From the IMG/VR virus record IMGVR_UViG_3300031414_000005: DNA of 64,000 nucleotides. One strand, given 5' to 3'. A model generated the notes under the pieces. The model did not search any database. It worked only from the letters and a program-made list of their open reading frames with translations, and was not told the DNA's origin. The stretch comes from a virus. Taxonomy: Duplodnaviria; Caudoviricetes. How positions within the stretch are numbered: position 1 is the first letter of the stretch; each line of letters starts with the position of its first letter. The position numbers were made by a program, and so were the translations under genes. Of this stretch, positions 1-10,460 are shown one piece after another.

Positions 1-2
1 AC

Positions 3-830
3 GAAACCCGCCTGAAACGGTTGCAGGACCAGATCCGCAAAGCCACCTGGCCGGAAGATGATAAAGAGATCAGCTTCTCTGCCAAACAGCTGTCGACGTT
101 AACCGTGGACGGTGACCCGGGTGGGATTGAATCAGACCTGAAATCGCTGCTTCAGACATTGCGCGGTGGGTTGGTCAAACACCAGGCCGATGTTCAGCGC
201 TATGACGGCATTGCGTATAACTTCGTGCGTCAGGTGACCAATGCGACCACGGAAGATTCCTTTGCCCGCAGTCTGGCGAACATTGTACGAGTGCAATATC
301 CTCATCCGCCAGGTTTTGCAACCAAACGTGAAGAAAGCCTGACGTATTACACCTCGCCGCAGTTGCCGGGTGGTCGGTCGATCTTGATGCAGCAAAAGAC
401 CTGGAACGATCATGACCCGGATACCGTCAGTAATGCGGTCCGGTATTTCGAAACCGTGCACGATTCGGTGGATTACCGGATGGTGAACAAAACGTTGGAT
501 GTTAGCGCGGCATCCGCCAAGTATTCCAAAAACGGGTTACTGGCACTCTGTGATGTGGCGTTGCAGTTGAATGCGTGTTACCGCGATCTGTCCAGCGGGT
601 TACAGGCCTTCGGCAATGTTATGAAACGGTGGCAATCGCTGACCGACAGCGGATTGAAAAATCTGCAAAAACGTGAATGGCTGTCTGCGGGTGAGTTTAA
701 CCGTGCGGATAAGTTGTTCGACCTGTACAGTCCCGAGGTGGCATTCTACACCCGGCTCGTTCCCCGTGTGACGGTGTATGTTGATAAGATTATAACGGAC
801 GTCATTGCAGTGTGCAGTAAAGCCGTTTAA
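3..830 (+). CDS. 5'-truncated hypothetical protein, probably virion-associated (lies in the head-protein gene run)
   Basis: Frame is open from position 3 (gaa acc cgc ctg aaa cgg ttg...) to TAA at 828-830; function inferred from context only. Confidence 0.55.
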   Translation, partial: ETRLKRLQDQIRKATWPEDDKEISFSAKQLSTLTVDGDPGGIESDLKSLLQTLRGGLVKHQADVQRYDGIAYNFVRQVTNATTEDSFARSLANIVRVQYPHPPGFATKREESLTYYTSPQLPGGRSILMQQKTWNDHDPDTVSNAVRYFETVHDSVDYRMVNKTLDVSAASAKYSKNGLLALCDVALQLNACYRDLSSGLQAFGNVMKRWQSLTDSGLKNLQKREWLSAGEFNRADKLFDLYSPEVAFYTRLVPRVTVYVDKIITDVIAVCSKAV

Positions 831-901
831 TTATATGTACTTTTCCGTACACGAGTTTCTATAGACACTTGTAAAAGATCTTTTACATTCTGGAGTTAAC
901 A

Positions 902-2284
902 ATGAATTTACAAACTGAACTGGCGATTGGTGCATTCGGCCTGGAAGACCTGGACGATGCTGTACCAGTAGTTGAAGCTGGTGCTGTCTCTGTTGCGGAA
1001 GTGCAAGACGTTGTTGCTTCTGCCCAGGTAGCTGAAGCCGCTTCCGAGCTGAAAGAAGTCGAGCAGGAAATCGCTACACAGACGCAGAGCCTGGATATCC
1101 TCGAAGATCGTCGCGAAGATCTGGAAGAGCAGGTTGCGGGTCTGGAAGATCTGCTGTCCAACGAAAAGTTCGATCGTCATGCTGTGCGCTTCGCCACACA
1201 GAACCTGGTGCGTACTCTGGGTCGTTACGGCGTGGACACTCAGCTGGGTCAGGGCGCGGGTACTGAAGACATCGCTGATGTTGAAACAGCCAAAATCGTG
1301 CTGGGCTCTGGCCTGGAAGCGGTTGGCGAAACCCTGAAGAAATGGGGCCAGCAGGCGTGGGAACTCGTGAAGAAAATCTTCGCAAGTATCGTGCAGTTCT
1401 TCACCTCACTGCGCAACACCACCAAAGGCATCCGTGCGAAAGCGGCGTCTGTGAAAGCGAAAGTTGAAGCGGGCGAGCTGAAAGACAAAATCAAGGTTGG
1501 CGGCTGGGGTAGCAAAATCACTGTTGGTGGTTCGATCCCTGCTGACGTGGCTAAAGCGTTCTCTGACAGCAAAGATCGCGTAATCAAAGCGATCGACAGC
1601 TTCCAGACTGAAGCGGCGAAGAACTTCTCTAACCTGTCTGCTGCGCTGAAAGCCCCTGTGTCTTCTGACACGGCTGCTGACGTTATCCTGGGTCACCTGC
1701 GTACACTGGAATACCCAGTACCACAGGGCGCAACTCAGGTCACCAAAGGCGCGAAAGCTGGCTTCAAACGCTATGCGATCACTGGCCTGCTGGGTGGCGT
1801 TGCCGTTGTTGTTGATGTTAAAGATGCACCGGCTGGTGCGGGCATGGACGCGATCAAAGGTCGTATCTCTGCATTCAACCAGTCTGGCGCTGGCGTGGTT
1901 AAGCTGAACGCGGCGAGCAACGTTCCAGCTGAAATCAACACACCAACCAAACAGCAGCTGCAAAACCTGATCACTTCGGTTGACAGTGCGATGACTGCGG
2001 TTGACAACATCACCGCTAAACTGAAACTCAACAACATCGAGTCTCAGCTGAAAGCGTCTCTGACCGGTACCGGTGCAGGCGAACCATCTGCGGATGCTAA
2101 AGCAGCATTCAACGCGATGAAGTCTCTGCCAGGTTCGATCGCTCGTTCCTTCTCTGTCCTGCCAGTGAAACTGTCTTCTGCTCTGATCGCGAACGCGCGT
2201 TCTGTGCTGGAGTATGCGAACGCTGCGGTAGGCGGTAAAGAAGCGGCTGAAGAAAAACCTGCTGGCGCTGCGGCGACTGCATAA
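902..2284 (+). CDS. Internal head (virion) protein of the phiKZ-like paralogous head-protein type, with acidic cleavable propeptide
   Basis: 460 aa; GGAG RBS; acidic N-terminus with FGLE/D, AGLE/D, AGTE/D, SGLE/A motifs followed by a helical WELVKKIFASIVQFF segment; biased codon usage like the capsid gene. Confidence 0.75.
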   Translation: MNLQTELAIGAFGLEDLDDAVPVVEAGAVSVAEVQDVVASAQVAEAASELKEVEQEIATQTQSLDILEDRREDLEEQVAGLEDLLSNEKFDRHAVRFATQNLVRTLGRYGVDTQLGQGAGTEDIADVETAKIVLGSGLEAVGETLKKWGQQAWELVKKIFASIVQFFTSLRNTTKGIRAKAASVKAKVEAGELKDKIKVGGWGSKITVGGSIPADVAKAFSDSKDRVIKAIDSFQTEAAKNFSNLSAALKAPVSSDTAADVILGHLRTLEYPVPQGATQVTKGAKAGFKRYAITGLLGGVAVVVDVKDAPAGAGMDAIKGRISAFNQSGAGVVKLNAASNVPAEINTPTKQQLQNLITSVDSAMTAVDNITAKLKLNNIESQLKASLTGTGAGEPSADAKAAFNAMKSLPGSIARSFSVLPVKLSSALIANARSVLEYANAAVGGKEAAEEKPAGAAATA

Positions 2285-2299
2285 TCTTCCTGACCTTGG

Positions 2300-2323
2300 G
2301 GGTGGGCTCACGCCCACCCTTTT
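2300..2323 (+). terminator. Intrinsic terminator
   Basis: GC-rich gggtggg/cccaccc stem followed by TTTT. Confidence 0.7.
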
Positions 2324-2349
2324 CAGGCATCGGAGTTTAAGGAGCCATT

Positions 2350-3546
2350 ATGGCCATTGATAATACCGTGGTTGGCGACGAGGCCGACCTGTGGCCCACC
2401 GAGGAAAAGGAAGATGAAGAGTTAAACAAGTTGGATGACCAGGCGTTCGTGGAACAGGAAGAAGAAACCAACCTGGCCACCTCAATGGAAGACCGCTTGT
2501 CCAAACTCATCACCATGCCTTGGCGCATGACTGCCCTCGAAGACCTGACCATGGACTTTGATGTTGCAGCCAAAGCTGAAGAAGACCGCAATCGCTCTGA
2601 AGAGTTCCGTCAATTAATGGAAGCTACCGCCGCGATCGTCCTGCCTGACAACAGCGTCAATATTGTTACCGACGTTGACCAGGGTACCGGGATGGAAGCC
2701 GTGGATGGATTGCGGGCAACCATTGCACAGAAAATGAAAGAGCTATGGCAGTGGTTGGTGAAAGTCCTCAAAAGCGTGAAAGAGTTCCTGTTCAACCGTA
2801 TCTCACGCACCCGCAAGCGTCTGGCGTATGTCAAGCTACTGTTGAAAGCCAATCGCGTGGGTGGGAAGACCGGGGTGATCACTTATCCTGCGTCTATCCT
2901 GCAACTGGCGAAGTCAACGAACCTGGCGACTAATCCTGCGTGGGTGGTGACCAACCTGAAAGACGGCCTGGCGTTCTTCAAAAGCGTGAAACTGGGTTAT
3001 GCCGAAATGGGTACCCAGCTTGCTGCGATTGGGACCACGGCTACCCGTGAGGGGATGTTGTCGTTGGTGGCAACCAGCACGGATAAGTTCCGTCAATTGG
3101 TGAGTGCCGATACCACCATTGTGAAGAACCGTTACCAGTCTCCATTGTTGCCGGGTAACAAGATCGTCGTGATTACCACCGGGAAAACCTTTGATGATTA
3201 CGACTTCCTGATTACCCATGCAGCGGTGCGGGTGCCAGCATCGATTACCCAGCGTCAGGTGAAAGTGGACCGGTCGTTGATTGACCAGGTGATCTCGGTG
3301 AGCGAAACCGTCATGAGTGACATTGAGAAAGACTTCCAGAACATGGAAAGCTTGACCAACGAATTCAAGAAGGCCATCGACACCCAGAAAAACAACCTGG
3401 ATGATCGCTCTCGCACCAACATGGATACCATGGCGTGCTTCTCCTGGTATGCCCGTATTCAGAAACGCACGGTCAACTCTTCTCTGCAATACCTGCTGCG
3501 CCTGACAGATGCCGGCCTGGACTTTGCAGCTGCTGCATTACGTTAA
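2350..3546 (+). CDS. Internal head protein paralogue
   Basis: 398 aa; GGAG RBS; acidic N-terminus, TALE/D and TGME/A motifs, then KELWQWLVKVLKSVKEFL segment similar to its neighbours. Confidence 0.7.
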   Translation: MAIDNTVVGDEADLWPTEEKEDEELNKLDDQAFVEQEEETNLATSMEDRLSKLITMPWRMTALEDLTMDFDVAAKAEEDRNRSEEFRQLMEATAAIVLPDNSVNIVTDVDQGTGMEAVDGLRATIAQKMKELWQWLVKVLKSVKEFLFNRISRTRKRLAYVKLLLKANRVGGKTGVITYPASILQLAKSTNLATNPAWVVTNLKDGLAFFKSVKLGYAEMGTQLAAIGTTATREGMLSLVATSTDKFRQLVSADTTIVKNRYQSPLLPGNKIVVITTGKTFDDYDFLITHAAVRVPASITQRQVKVDRSLIDQVISVSETVMSDIEKDFQNMESLTNEFKKAIDTQKNNLDDRSRTNMDTMACFSWYARIQKRTVNSSLQYLLRLTDAGLDFAAAALR

Positions 3547-3558
3547 GGTAGGTTAATT

Positions 3559-4713
3559 ATGTCTCGCATTGTCAGTGAAGTGGAAAAGAGCGGGTTTGGC
3601 ATGGAAGCCATTCAGGCGTTGTTCAATGACCTCGATCAGCGGTTACGGGTGGCGGATGGCTTGCGGGCCCTGGGGAACTACCAGGCACGGTTTGGTGAAG
3701 ACAGCAAGACCACAGGCTGGTATCGCAACCATGCGGGGCTGGAAGAGCTGGGTGAGGGATTGGAAGGGATTCAGTCTGCCTTGGCAGCCACCTGGGAATG
3801 GATCAAGAAAGCCCTGCGTGCACTGATCGCGTTAATGAAAGGGGTGTTTAAATCCCGCGGTGAACGCATTGACGAACTGGGTGCAAAAATCACCAAGATC
3901 GGCAAAGCCATTAAAAGTGGCACCGGGATGGAAGACGTGGCCACCATGTCACGTTCCCAACCGCGCCAGATTACGGTGGAACCCTGGATGGTCAACCTGA
4001 CCGCCGGTGAGACACGGGTTACCCCGGCATCCTTTGGTCGTGAGCTCAATGCATTGGTCACCACCATGAACGGTGTACTGGGTGCCTGGTTAAAAGGACT
4101 GAACGCGGTTACCAAGGTTAACTTTGATATTCAGGGGACGATCTTCGAAGCGGAGAAAAACCAGGGGAAAGCAAACCTGGCTGAAATCGAAGCAACCGTC
4201 ACACGGGGACTCAGCGCAGGGTTGGCAGAGGCATCCGTGGAGTTAGGCTTCCGACCGAAACTCATGGGAACATACGAGTTCGTGATTCCTGATGACAAGA
4301 CCAAAGGTGCGTACCTGTCTAAGAGCGGGGAAACCCGGTTGCGGGAAGTCTCGGTCGAAGACATGGCCAGTAGCATGAGCGCTATCAATAACGGCATCAT
4401 GGGTCTGGTCAATATCTTTGGCAGTCACGGTACCTCGTCGGGCTTCATGAAGAAACTCGAAACGGATATCGCGAACACGGAAATGAACATGAAACACCAT
4501 GAAAGTGGTGGCAGTGCGTTGCAGGCCAAGTACCATCGTCAGACCCTTCAGATCTACCGTTATTTCACTGAACAGTATGAAGCGTTGCAGAAATACGTTT
4601 ACAGCGTATTGGAAGCCGGCAAACGTTACATGATGCTCAGCTTTAAAAGCGGCACGGAAGAGTTGACTAACGACGACGTGCTGGACTACACGAACTGGGG
4701 TAGCTTGTTCTAA
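3559..4713 (+). CDS. Internal head protein paralogue
   Basis: 384 aa; FGME/A, AGLE/E, EGLE/G, TGME/D motifs; ATWEWIKKALRALIAL segment. Confidence 0.7.
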   Translation: MSRIVSEVEKSGFGMEAIQALFNDLDQRLRVADGLRALGNYQARFGEDSKTTGWYRNHAGLEELGEGLEGIQSALAATWEWIKKALRALIALMKGVFKSRGERIDELGAKITKIGKAIKSGTGMEDVATMSRSQPRQITVEPWMVNLTAGETRVTPASFGRELNALVTTMNGVLGAWLKGLNAVTKVNFDIQGTIFEAEKNQGKANLAEIEATVTRGLSAGLAEASVELGFRPKLMGTYEFVIPDDKTKGAYLSKSGETRLREVSVEDMASSMSAINNGIMGLVNIFGSHGTSSGFMKKLETDIANTEMNMKHHESGGSALQAKYHRQTLQIYRYFTEQYEALQKYVYSVLEAGKRYMMLSFKSGTEELTNDDVLDYTNWGSLF

Positions 4714-4716
4714 ATC

Positions 4717-4744
4717 AAGGGGCTCCGCAAGGGGCCTCTTTTTT
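4717..4744 (+). terminator. Intrinsic terminator
   Basis: aggggctcc GCAA ggggcctct followed by a T-run. Confidence 0.75.
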
Positions 4745-4792
4745 AACGGATGAGTGAATCGTATGTCCGTTTGAATCAGAGGAGTTAGGCCG

Positions 4793-6334
4793 ATGCCTAG
4801 ATACATTGTGGATATTCCAGAGGTCTATCGGTCGGTGACTCGCCCGGTGAATCTGGAGGTATCCCGCCAGCTAATGAAATGGTTGGGGTTGACCGGAAAT
4901 GAAATGATTGTCTACAACGGTGACAATGATTCGTTCCCCCTCCCCAATGCCAGCATAGATGACCAAGGCAGCGCCGAAGTCAACCGCCTGTCGTCGAACA
5001 ATAAACTGTTTATTACCACCGAGGAAATCGAATCCCCCCAAACCGGCTTTGAAGTTAACTACCGGAATAAAGCATACCCCGCTGTTTTTCTCGACGAGAG
5101 AACCCAAGTGTATGTCGCCCCAATTTACGCGCACGTCTTTGTGACGGTGAGTATGACCAAGCGTTTTCATTCTCGTAGCGAAGCCCTTCGCTGGCGTAAC
5201 CGGGTGGAATCGATCTTAAACCGGAATTTCATCAACCCGAACCACACGGTGCAATACCACTATCCGTTGCCGATGAATCTGCTCTACTTGCTGGACGAGG
5301 TGTGGAAACGGCGTGAGCGTGTGGCACCGTACGGCGAAGACATCAACACCTACTTTAAAAATCATTTCACGGATGAGATGACGGTGATTGCGAACATGGC
5401 CGGTACGGAACCGTTCTTTGCCATTCGTGAAACCCAGGCCAACATCATTGGTAACCTGGAGTTCACCCGCACCCCGTATCCGGTGAAAGCGTCAGCTTAC
5501 GGCAGTTACGAGTATTCCTTTACGTACCGGTTTGAGTACGACCGCATCAGCAACCTGTCGGTGGAATACCCGTTAATGGTGCACAACCAGTTCTTACCTC
5601 GTGAGTTGTTACCGGTGGAAGCCAAGACCAACTTCGAGATTGAACCAGGGTATGACATCCAGATGCAATACCTGCGTAAGCACTTGCACCCTAAAGCGGG
5701 TCCATTAGCGTCAGTGCCACCGGGCTTTTACGTGGAGCCGTATTTTGACAGTTGGTTAATCCCGCGTGAAGACCCGATGTTGGTGCCGCAGTATCAGACG
5801 TTGCTGGCCGTGGAAGAAACGAATCAGAAAACCATCCTGACCCTGACCGACCTCGGGGATTACCAGTTGTTCCCAGAGTTTCTGGATTATGTTCGACACT
5901 GTGGTAACCGGGTGTTTGTGCGACACAGCTCCCTTGTACACATCCAGGTGTTCTCGAACACGATTCCGATTGACAATGAGAAGCTCACCCTGGACCCAGT
6001 CACGACCAACGTGGACTGTTTGTTTGACATGAACCTGCGACATGAGTACCGCCTGGTGTTGAACCTTGACACTAACCTTGCGGGCCTCACCGCTGACGCC
6101 ATCGATGACCTGTTGGAACACGGGTGGTGGTTGCAGCTGATTATTGGAACGTTGTATCCCGGTGCAGAGAAAACCGATTGGTGGCCGATCCCGGATTCCA
6201 ATGGACATGTGAGTCAGGATCAGTGGGTCGAGATCATCAACCATTTCCCGGACTACACCACGGCTGGCGGTTACGAATTGAACTTCGTGTTGTCGCGGAT
6301 GTTGTTTAGCATTATTGCAAAGAGATCTAACTAA
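4793..6334 (+). CDS. Putative virion structural protein (phiKZ-like)
   Basis: 513 aa ORF with GGAG RBS; aromatic/Pro-rich composition; structural-gene context. Confidence 0.5.
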   Translation: MPRYIVDIPEVYRSVTRPVNLEVSRQLMKWLGLTGNEMIVYNGDNDSFPLPNASIDDQGSAEVNRLSSNNKLFITTEEIESPQTGFEVNYRNKAYPAVFLDERTQVYVAPIYAHVFVTVSMTKRFHSRSEALRWRNRVESILNRNFINPNHTVQYHYPLPMNLLYLLDEVWKRRERVAPYGEDINTYFKNHFTDEMTVIANMAGTEPFFAIRETQANIIGNLEFTRTPYPVKASAYGSYEYSFTYRFEYDRISNLSVEYPLMVHNQFLPRELLPVEAKTNFEIEPGYDIQMQYLRKHLHPKAGPLASVPPGFYVEPYFDSWLIPREDPMLVPQYQTLLAVEETNQKTILTLTDLGDYQLFPEFLDYVRHCGNRVFVRHSSLVHIQVFSNTIPIDNEKLTLDPVTTNVDCLFDMNLRHEYRLVLNLDTNLAGLTADAIDDLLEHGWWLQLIIGTLYPGAEKTDWWPIPDSNGHVSQDQWVEIINHFPDYTTAGGYELNFVLSRMLFSIIAKRSN

Positions 6335-7998
6335 TGGCAATCGCAAAGTTTCCCAGTGATGACGAACATCGTCACACGAACAAAGTTGAGCAACCTGCTA
6401 TTGAACCACCCAGCTACAGTTCCACGTTAACCGATGCACGGTACAAACCGCTGCGCACCCTGGTTGCGAACATGGCGGGTCGGTCCTGGTTGGTGGAGTA
6501 TTACCGGCAACTGTTAGGTAAAGACGAAGAACCGATTGCGCAGCAGGTCGGTGACCTCGCCCCCTATCAGCAGTACCAGCGTATTCGTAACTTTGAGTTG
6601 CGCGTCCAAACACCACTGACCCGTAACCTGATACCGAACCAGGGGGAAACCGAAATCAGCGGCGAAGCGTACATGCTGCCATGCGGATTTGCCCCGAATG
6701 TCGGTGACATGTTTATCACCGATGTCGGTGACGGGAACCTGGGGGTGTTTGTGATTCGGGGTACGCCGGAACCGATGTCGATGTTCAAAGACACCGCGTA
6801 CCGTATCGAATACATGATGACCAGCTACCTCAGCCGGTCATTGCGTGATGATTTGATCAAGAAGACCATCGTAGACAGCGTGTATGACCTCCAGAGCCTG
6901 CAATACGGTCGTAACCCGATCATTGGCAAGGATGAATACAATCGCCGCGAGTCGCTGTCTGAAGCGCGAGAATCGATGGTGTTCCATTACATGGATAATT
7001 TCTATTATTATCCAGAGCAAACCCTGGCTGTCCCGAATCAGGCGTTCCCGACGTATGACCCGTTCCTGGTGAGCTTTGTTTACCAGGCAATCGATTACTC
7101 GATCAAGACCCACGGTCGTCCTATCAGTCAGCTGAATACCGGGGATTACCGGAACTTCGGCCGAAACAATGATGCGACCCTGTGGGATGCGGTGATGCGC
7201 CGTGATGCCCGTGTGTTGCGTTATGCGTTGCGCTCGATGGGGATTGCTGGTCGGAAGTCATACCAGAGCAGTGGGTTGTTTAACTCCATTGCCAATTCGA
7301 AGTTTGAAAACGTGGTACGCCAGGCCAGTCGGGATTATGTCTTTGTGTTTGCAGACATCCTGACCGGGGTGAATGAACTGCACACCGATGTCGGGACCCC
7401 GTATTCACTCAGTCCGGGTGATGTGCTGTCCACCATGGTGCCGCGGGGATATGCCCCACAAGCCATTCCGGGTTACCGCATTCGTTACTACGAGAAAGTG
7501 GTTCACAATGACAAGGTGAAAATGAAGGTGGTGTATGAAGCCATCGACCCGACCGCCTTGGACCCGGAAATCGAAAGTTTCGATGACCTGTTGCAACCCA
7601 TCAAACTTAACCCCGCCCCAACCGCGGTGATTCCTGGGGTAAACCCCCCTCCTGTTGTTACCACCCCGGTGGACGGCAACCTGTATGACGACTTGTACCA
7701 ACCCATGTACATGATCGTGGACGGGGGCGACACTCGTCTGCTGTTCCCTGCCACGTTGTCGGTGAAAGACTACTACGTCCTGACCGCTGCGTTTTATAAC
7801 GGCCAGTTGTCAGAGATGTCGATTCTGGAAGCGCAGGTGTGGGACTTGATTCACAACCGACCACTGGACCATGACAAGGTGCAGATGTTGCTGGCCCGTT
7901 ACTATGACCTGACTGCCACGGCACAGTTCTACTACGGTCCGTTACTGATCACCCTGGCAGAAGCCGCCAGTTACCAGAACAATGCGGTCATGCCGTAA
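6334..7998 (+). CDS. Putative virion structural protein (phiKZ-like)
   Basis: 554 aa; TAATG coupling to the upstream gene; structural-gene context. Confidence 0.5.
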   Translation: MAIAKFPSDDEHRHTNKVEQPAIEPPSYSSTLTDARYKPLRTLVANMAGRSWLVEYYRQLLGKDEEPIAQQVGDLAPYQQYQRIRNFELRVQTPLTRNLIPNQGETEISGEAYMLPCGFAPNVGDMFITDVGDGNLGVFVIRGTPEPMSMFKDTAYRIEYMMTSYLSRSLRDDLIKKTIVDSVYDLQSLQYGRNPIIGKDEYNRRESLSEARESMVFHYMDNFYYYPEQTLAVPNQAFPTYDPFLVSFVYQAIDYSIKTHGRPISQLNTGDYRNFGRNNDATLWDAVMRRDARVLRYALRSMGIAGRKSYQSSGLFNSIANSKFENVVRQASRDYVFVFADILTGVNELHTDVGTPYSLSPGDVLSTMVPRGYAPQAIPGYRIRYYEKVVHNDKVKMKVVYEAIDPTALDPEIESFDDLLQPIKLNPAPTAVIPGVNPPPVVTTPVDGNLYDDLYQPMYMIVDGGDTRLLFPATLSVKDYYVLTAAFYNGQLSEMSILEAQVWDLIHNRPLDHDKVQMLLARYYDLTATAQFYYGPLLITLAEAASYQNNAVMP

Positions 7999-8007
7999 GG
8001 ACAACCC

Positions 8008-8625
8008 ATGGATCAAAAGAAAATTGATCGGTTACAGGTGTTGTACAACATTGTGGAGAGCCGCACGTACCTGTGCGGCGTTGCCCCGATGTACCTGTAT
8101 ACTGAAGATGACATCCGCCTCACCGGGATGTATGGCAGCGGCAATGTGGAGCTGGACAGTCTTATTGACCAGACCAAAGTCCGTAAGGGACTGACCATCA
8201 TGCAAATGGTGGCGATCATCGACCGCATCAGTGAAGCCCGCGACCTGGAACTGTGTGACCTGTATAAGGACGCCATTCCGTTGTATGACGTGGTGCGTGA
8301 GTATATCAGTCTGTGGGCTGACATCATTCAGAATCACCCCAACGCCCGTACACCGCCGCTGGAGTTCTTTGAGCAGCTTGATAAGCTGGCCGAGTGGGCC
8401 TTTGCTAATGCCCGTTTGGTAAAAGCCATGCGACCCGATACCGCGCTGGATGAAAACGATGAGCAGTTCGTGCGTGCTCGCCGCCGTGTACGTCGTATCA
8501 ACATTGCGCGGGAAACACCGGTGGCACAAACAGCCACCCCGACCAAACGCAAAGTGGAACAGTACCAACCCATGACGGACTTGTTCTCTAACCGCATTCG
8601 CCGGGTGCAGCGGGAGGACGATTAA
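8008..8625 (+). CDS. Hypothetical protein
   Basis: 205 aa; AAGGA RBS; TAATG-coupled to the next gene. Confidence 0.6.
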   Translation: MDQKKIDRLQVLYNIVESRTYLCGVAPMYLYTEDDIRLTGMYGSGNVELDSLIDQTKVRKGLTIMQMVAIIDRISEARDLELCDLYKDAIPLYDVVREYISLWADIIQNHPNARTPPLEFFEQLDKLAEWAFANARLVKAMRPDTALDENDEQFVRARRRVRRINIARETPVAQTATPTKRKVEQYQPMTDLFSNRIRRVQREDD

Positions 8626-9950
8626 TGGTTGCGATCAGTTCCATTATGAAAGATGCGGTACGTATTGGGAAAACTGTCACCCCCAAGTTGGTGAAGGAGC
8701 GGGTTGAGTTGGTGTTGGGAAGCGGTGACACAATCCCGGTGTTGAGCGTAACAGCCCGGTATTCCTTAGAGGACTACCAGAACAAAATGACCTCGGTGGA
8801 GAACATCCGGCTATTGATGCCGGGTGGGACTTACCAGTCAAAGCTGTTACCTAACAAGGATGACGTGATGGTGTATCAGTACACCACACGGCGGGGGAAA
8901 GTGAAACTCAAGAAATGGCGGGCAGTGATCCAGGGATACGGGGACAAGCACGTGGAGGGGAACGACCTCAGCGAGGGAAACGAAACCGCATTGAACACCC
9001 AACGGCTGGAGGAAATCAATATCCAGCTGATGGAGCCGGCGGTGGAGAAAATGCGGGTCGTGGAAATCAGTGGGAACTACCAGGCCACCACACCGGAGAA
9101 CCTGGTCAACACCCTGATGGGGAGTAAGATGTTGGAGCTTGGGTTGAACGGAGCCGATAGCTTCCAGGGCATGGAGATCTACCCGTTTGATAATCAGACC
9201 CTGTACAACCAGTATGTGATCCAGCCGATCAAGTTGTACGACCTGCCAGGCTACTTGCAGCACCATGAACGTAATGGGGTGGGATTGTACTACACCGGGG
9301 TCGGGTCGTTCTTCCGGGACAACAAGTGGTTTATCTGGCCGCTGTTACACACTCGCCGGTTCAACAAGGTCAGTGACGGGATTACCATTGTGCGTGTGCC
9401 TCCGAAGCTGCTCCCGACGCTGGAAACCACGTATGAACTCAACGACGGCCAGTTGACGATTCTGGTGACGGGTGAAGGGAAGTACATCGACACCTCCAAC
9501 AACACCCACTACAACCGAGGGAACGGGGCCAGGGTTATTACCTCAGATTCTGTGGCCGGTGATACCGGGGTTATTCAGGACCGGGGGAAAACGTTAAAGG
9601 TGCGCAGTGAGTCGGTGCGTGAGTTTAAAACGGTAGACCGCCAGACCGGGGTAGACTATGCCCCTGTAGAGGAAACCGTCACCAACAACATCTATCGCAT
9701 CATGCAACGCAATGCATTAGCCGACGGGGCGTTCCTGCAAGCCAACTGGCAGAACTCCGACCCAAGTCTGGTGAAGCCAGGAACCCCGGTGCGCTACATT
9801 TATTCCAAAGGTGACACCATTGCGATGCGGTATGGCGTTGTGATTCGAATGGAAACCCACGAACAAATCGATAACGGCTCCAAGGTCGACAGTGTCTTTC
9901 ATATAGACACGGGCCTTACCTTGTTTTTGGAAAACGAGGACGCCACGTAA
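8625..9950 (+). CDS. Putative virion structural protein (possible baseplate component)
   Basis: 441 aa; last gene of the structural run; beta-rich composition; function is inference. Confidence 0.4.
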   Translation: MVAISSIMKDAVRIGKTVTPKLVKERVELVLGSGDTIPVLSVTARYSLEDYQNKMTSVENIRLLMPGGTYQSKLLPNKDDVMVYQYTTRRGKVKLKKWRAVIQGYGDKHVEGNDLSEGNETALNTQRLEEINIQLMEPAVEKMRVVEISGNYQATTPENLVNTLMGSKMLELGLNGADSFQGMEIYPFDNQTLYNQYVIQPIKLYDLPGYLQHHERNGVGLYYTGVGSFFRDNKWFIWPLLHTRRFNKVSDGITIVRVPPKLLPTLETTYELNDGQLTILVTGEGKYIDTSNNTHYNRGNGARVITSDSVAGDTGVIQDRGKTLKVRSESVREFKTVDRQTGVDYAPVEETVTNNIYRIMQRNALADGAFLQANWQNSDPSLVKPGTPVRYIYSKGDTIAMRYGVVIRMETHEQIDNGSKVDSVFHIDTGLTLFLENEDAT

Positions 9951-9995
9951 TCGGGTTAACTGGGGGCAGAGGGAATTTAACCTCCAGTTTCCATT

Positions 9996-10015
9996 ACACC
10001 TATATTACCGTGGTG
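9996..10015 (+). promoter_or_regulatory. Early (virion RNAP) promoter, TATATTAC core
   Basis: acaccTATATTACcgtgGTG, core at 10001-10008; matches the phiKZ early consensus; upstream of a small-gene operon. Confidence 0.7.
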
Positions 10016-10067
10016 TAAGCAGTTAAACCTTTTCCAATGTTATCGACATATTTCTAATGAGGGTTTC

Positions 10068-10460
10068 ATGAACAAATTATATTTTGATCAGGTGGTCGGT
10101 AATATCAACCATCTGCAAAAGGCCCTCCTTGAGGTGGGTAATCTTGACGAACTCGACGAACGTGTACGCGATAAGTACACGTTGTTAATACTCAATGATT
10201 TAGTGTGTTCCAAAGAAGCATTCCAGATTGGGCCGGCATGGATTGTCATTTTGCTCAAAGCGTGCATTTCGGAAGGCATTATTAAGGATAAGCTTTCGCA
10301 TGTGCGTGCCTTCGTTCGCGAAGCAAAATATTTACTTCAGGATCACGACGGGGTGGATTATTCCCTCCGCGTTGAATACCTGCTCACAAGTGGTTTAACA
10401 ATGTTTGAAGAGGATTGGTATGAAAGGCAATATTATCGCGCTCGCGGTGTCGATTGTTAG
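10068..10460 (+). CDS. Hypothetical protein, first gene after an early promoter
   Basis: 130 aa; GAGG RBS. Confidence 0.65.
   Translation: MNKLYFDQVVGNINHLQKALLEVGNLDELDERVRDKYTLLILNDLVCSKEAFQIGPAWIVILLKACISEGIIKDKLSHVRAFVREAKYLLQDHDGVDYSLRVEYLLTSGLTMFEEDWYERQYYRARGVDC

Noticed and set aside
1406-2317. 303-aa antisense ORF inside the head-protein gene
   Set aside because: Same codon-bias shadow effect; Arg-rich, non-protein-like composition
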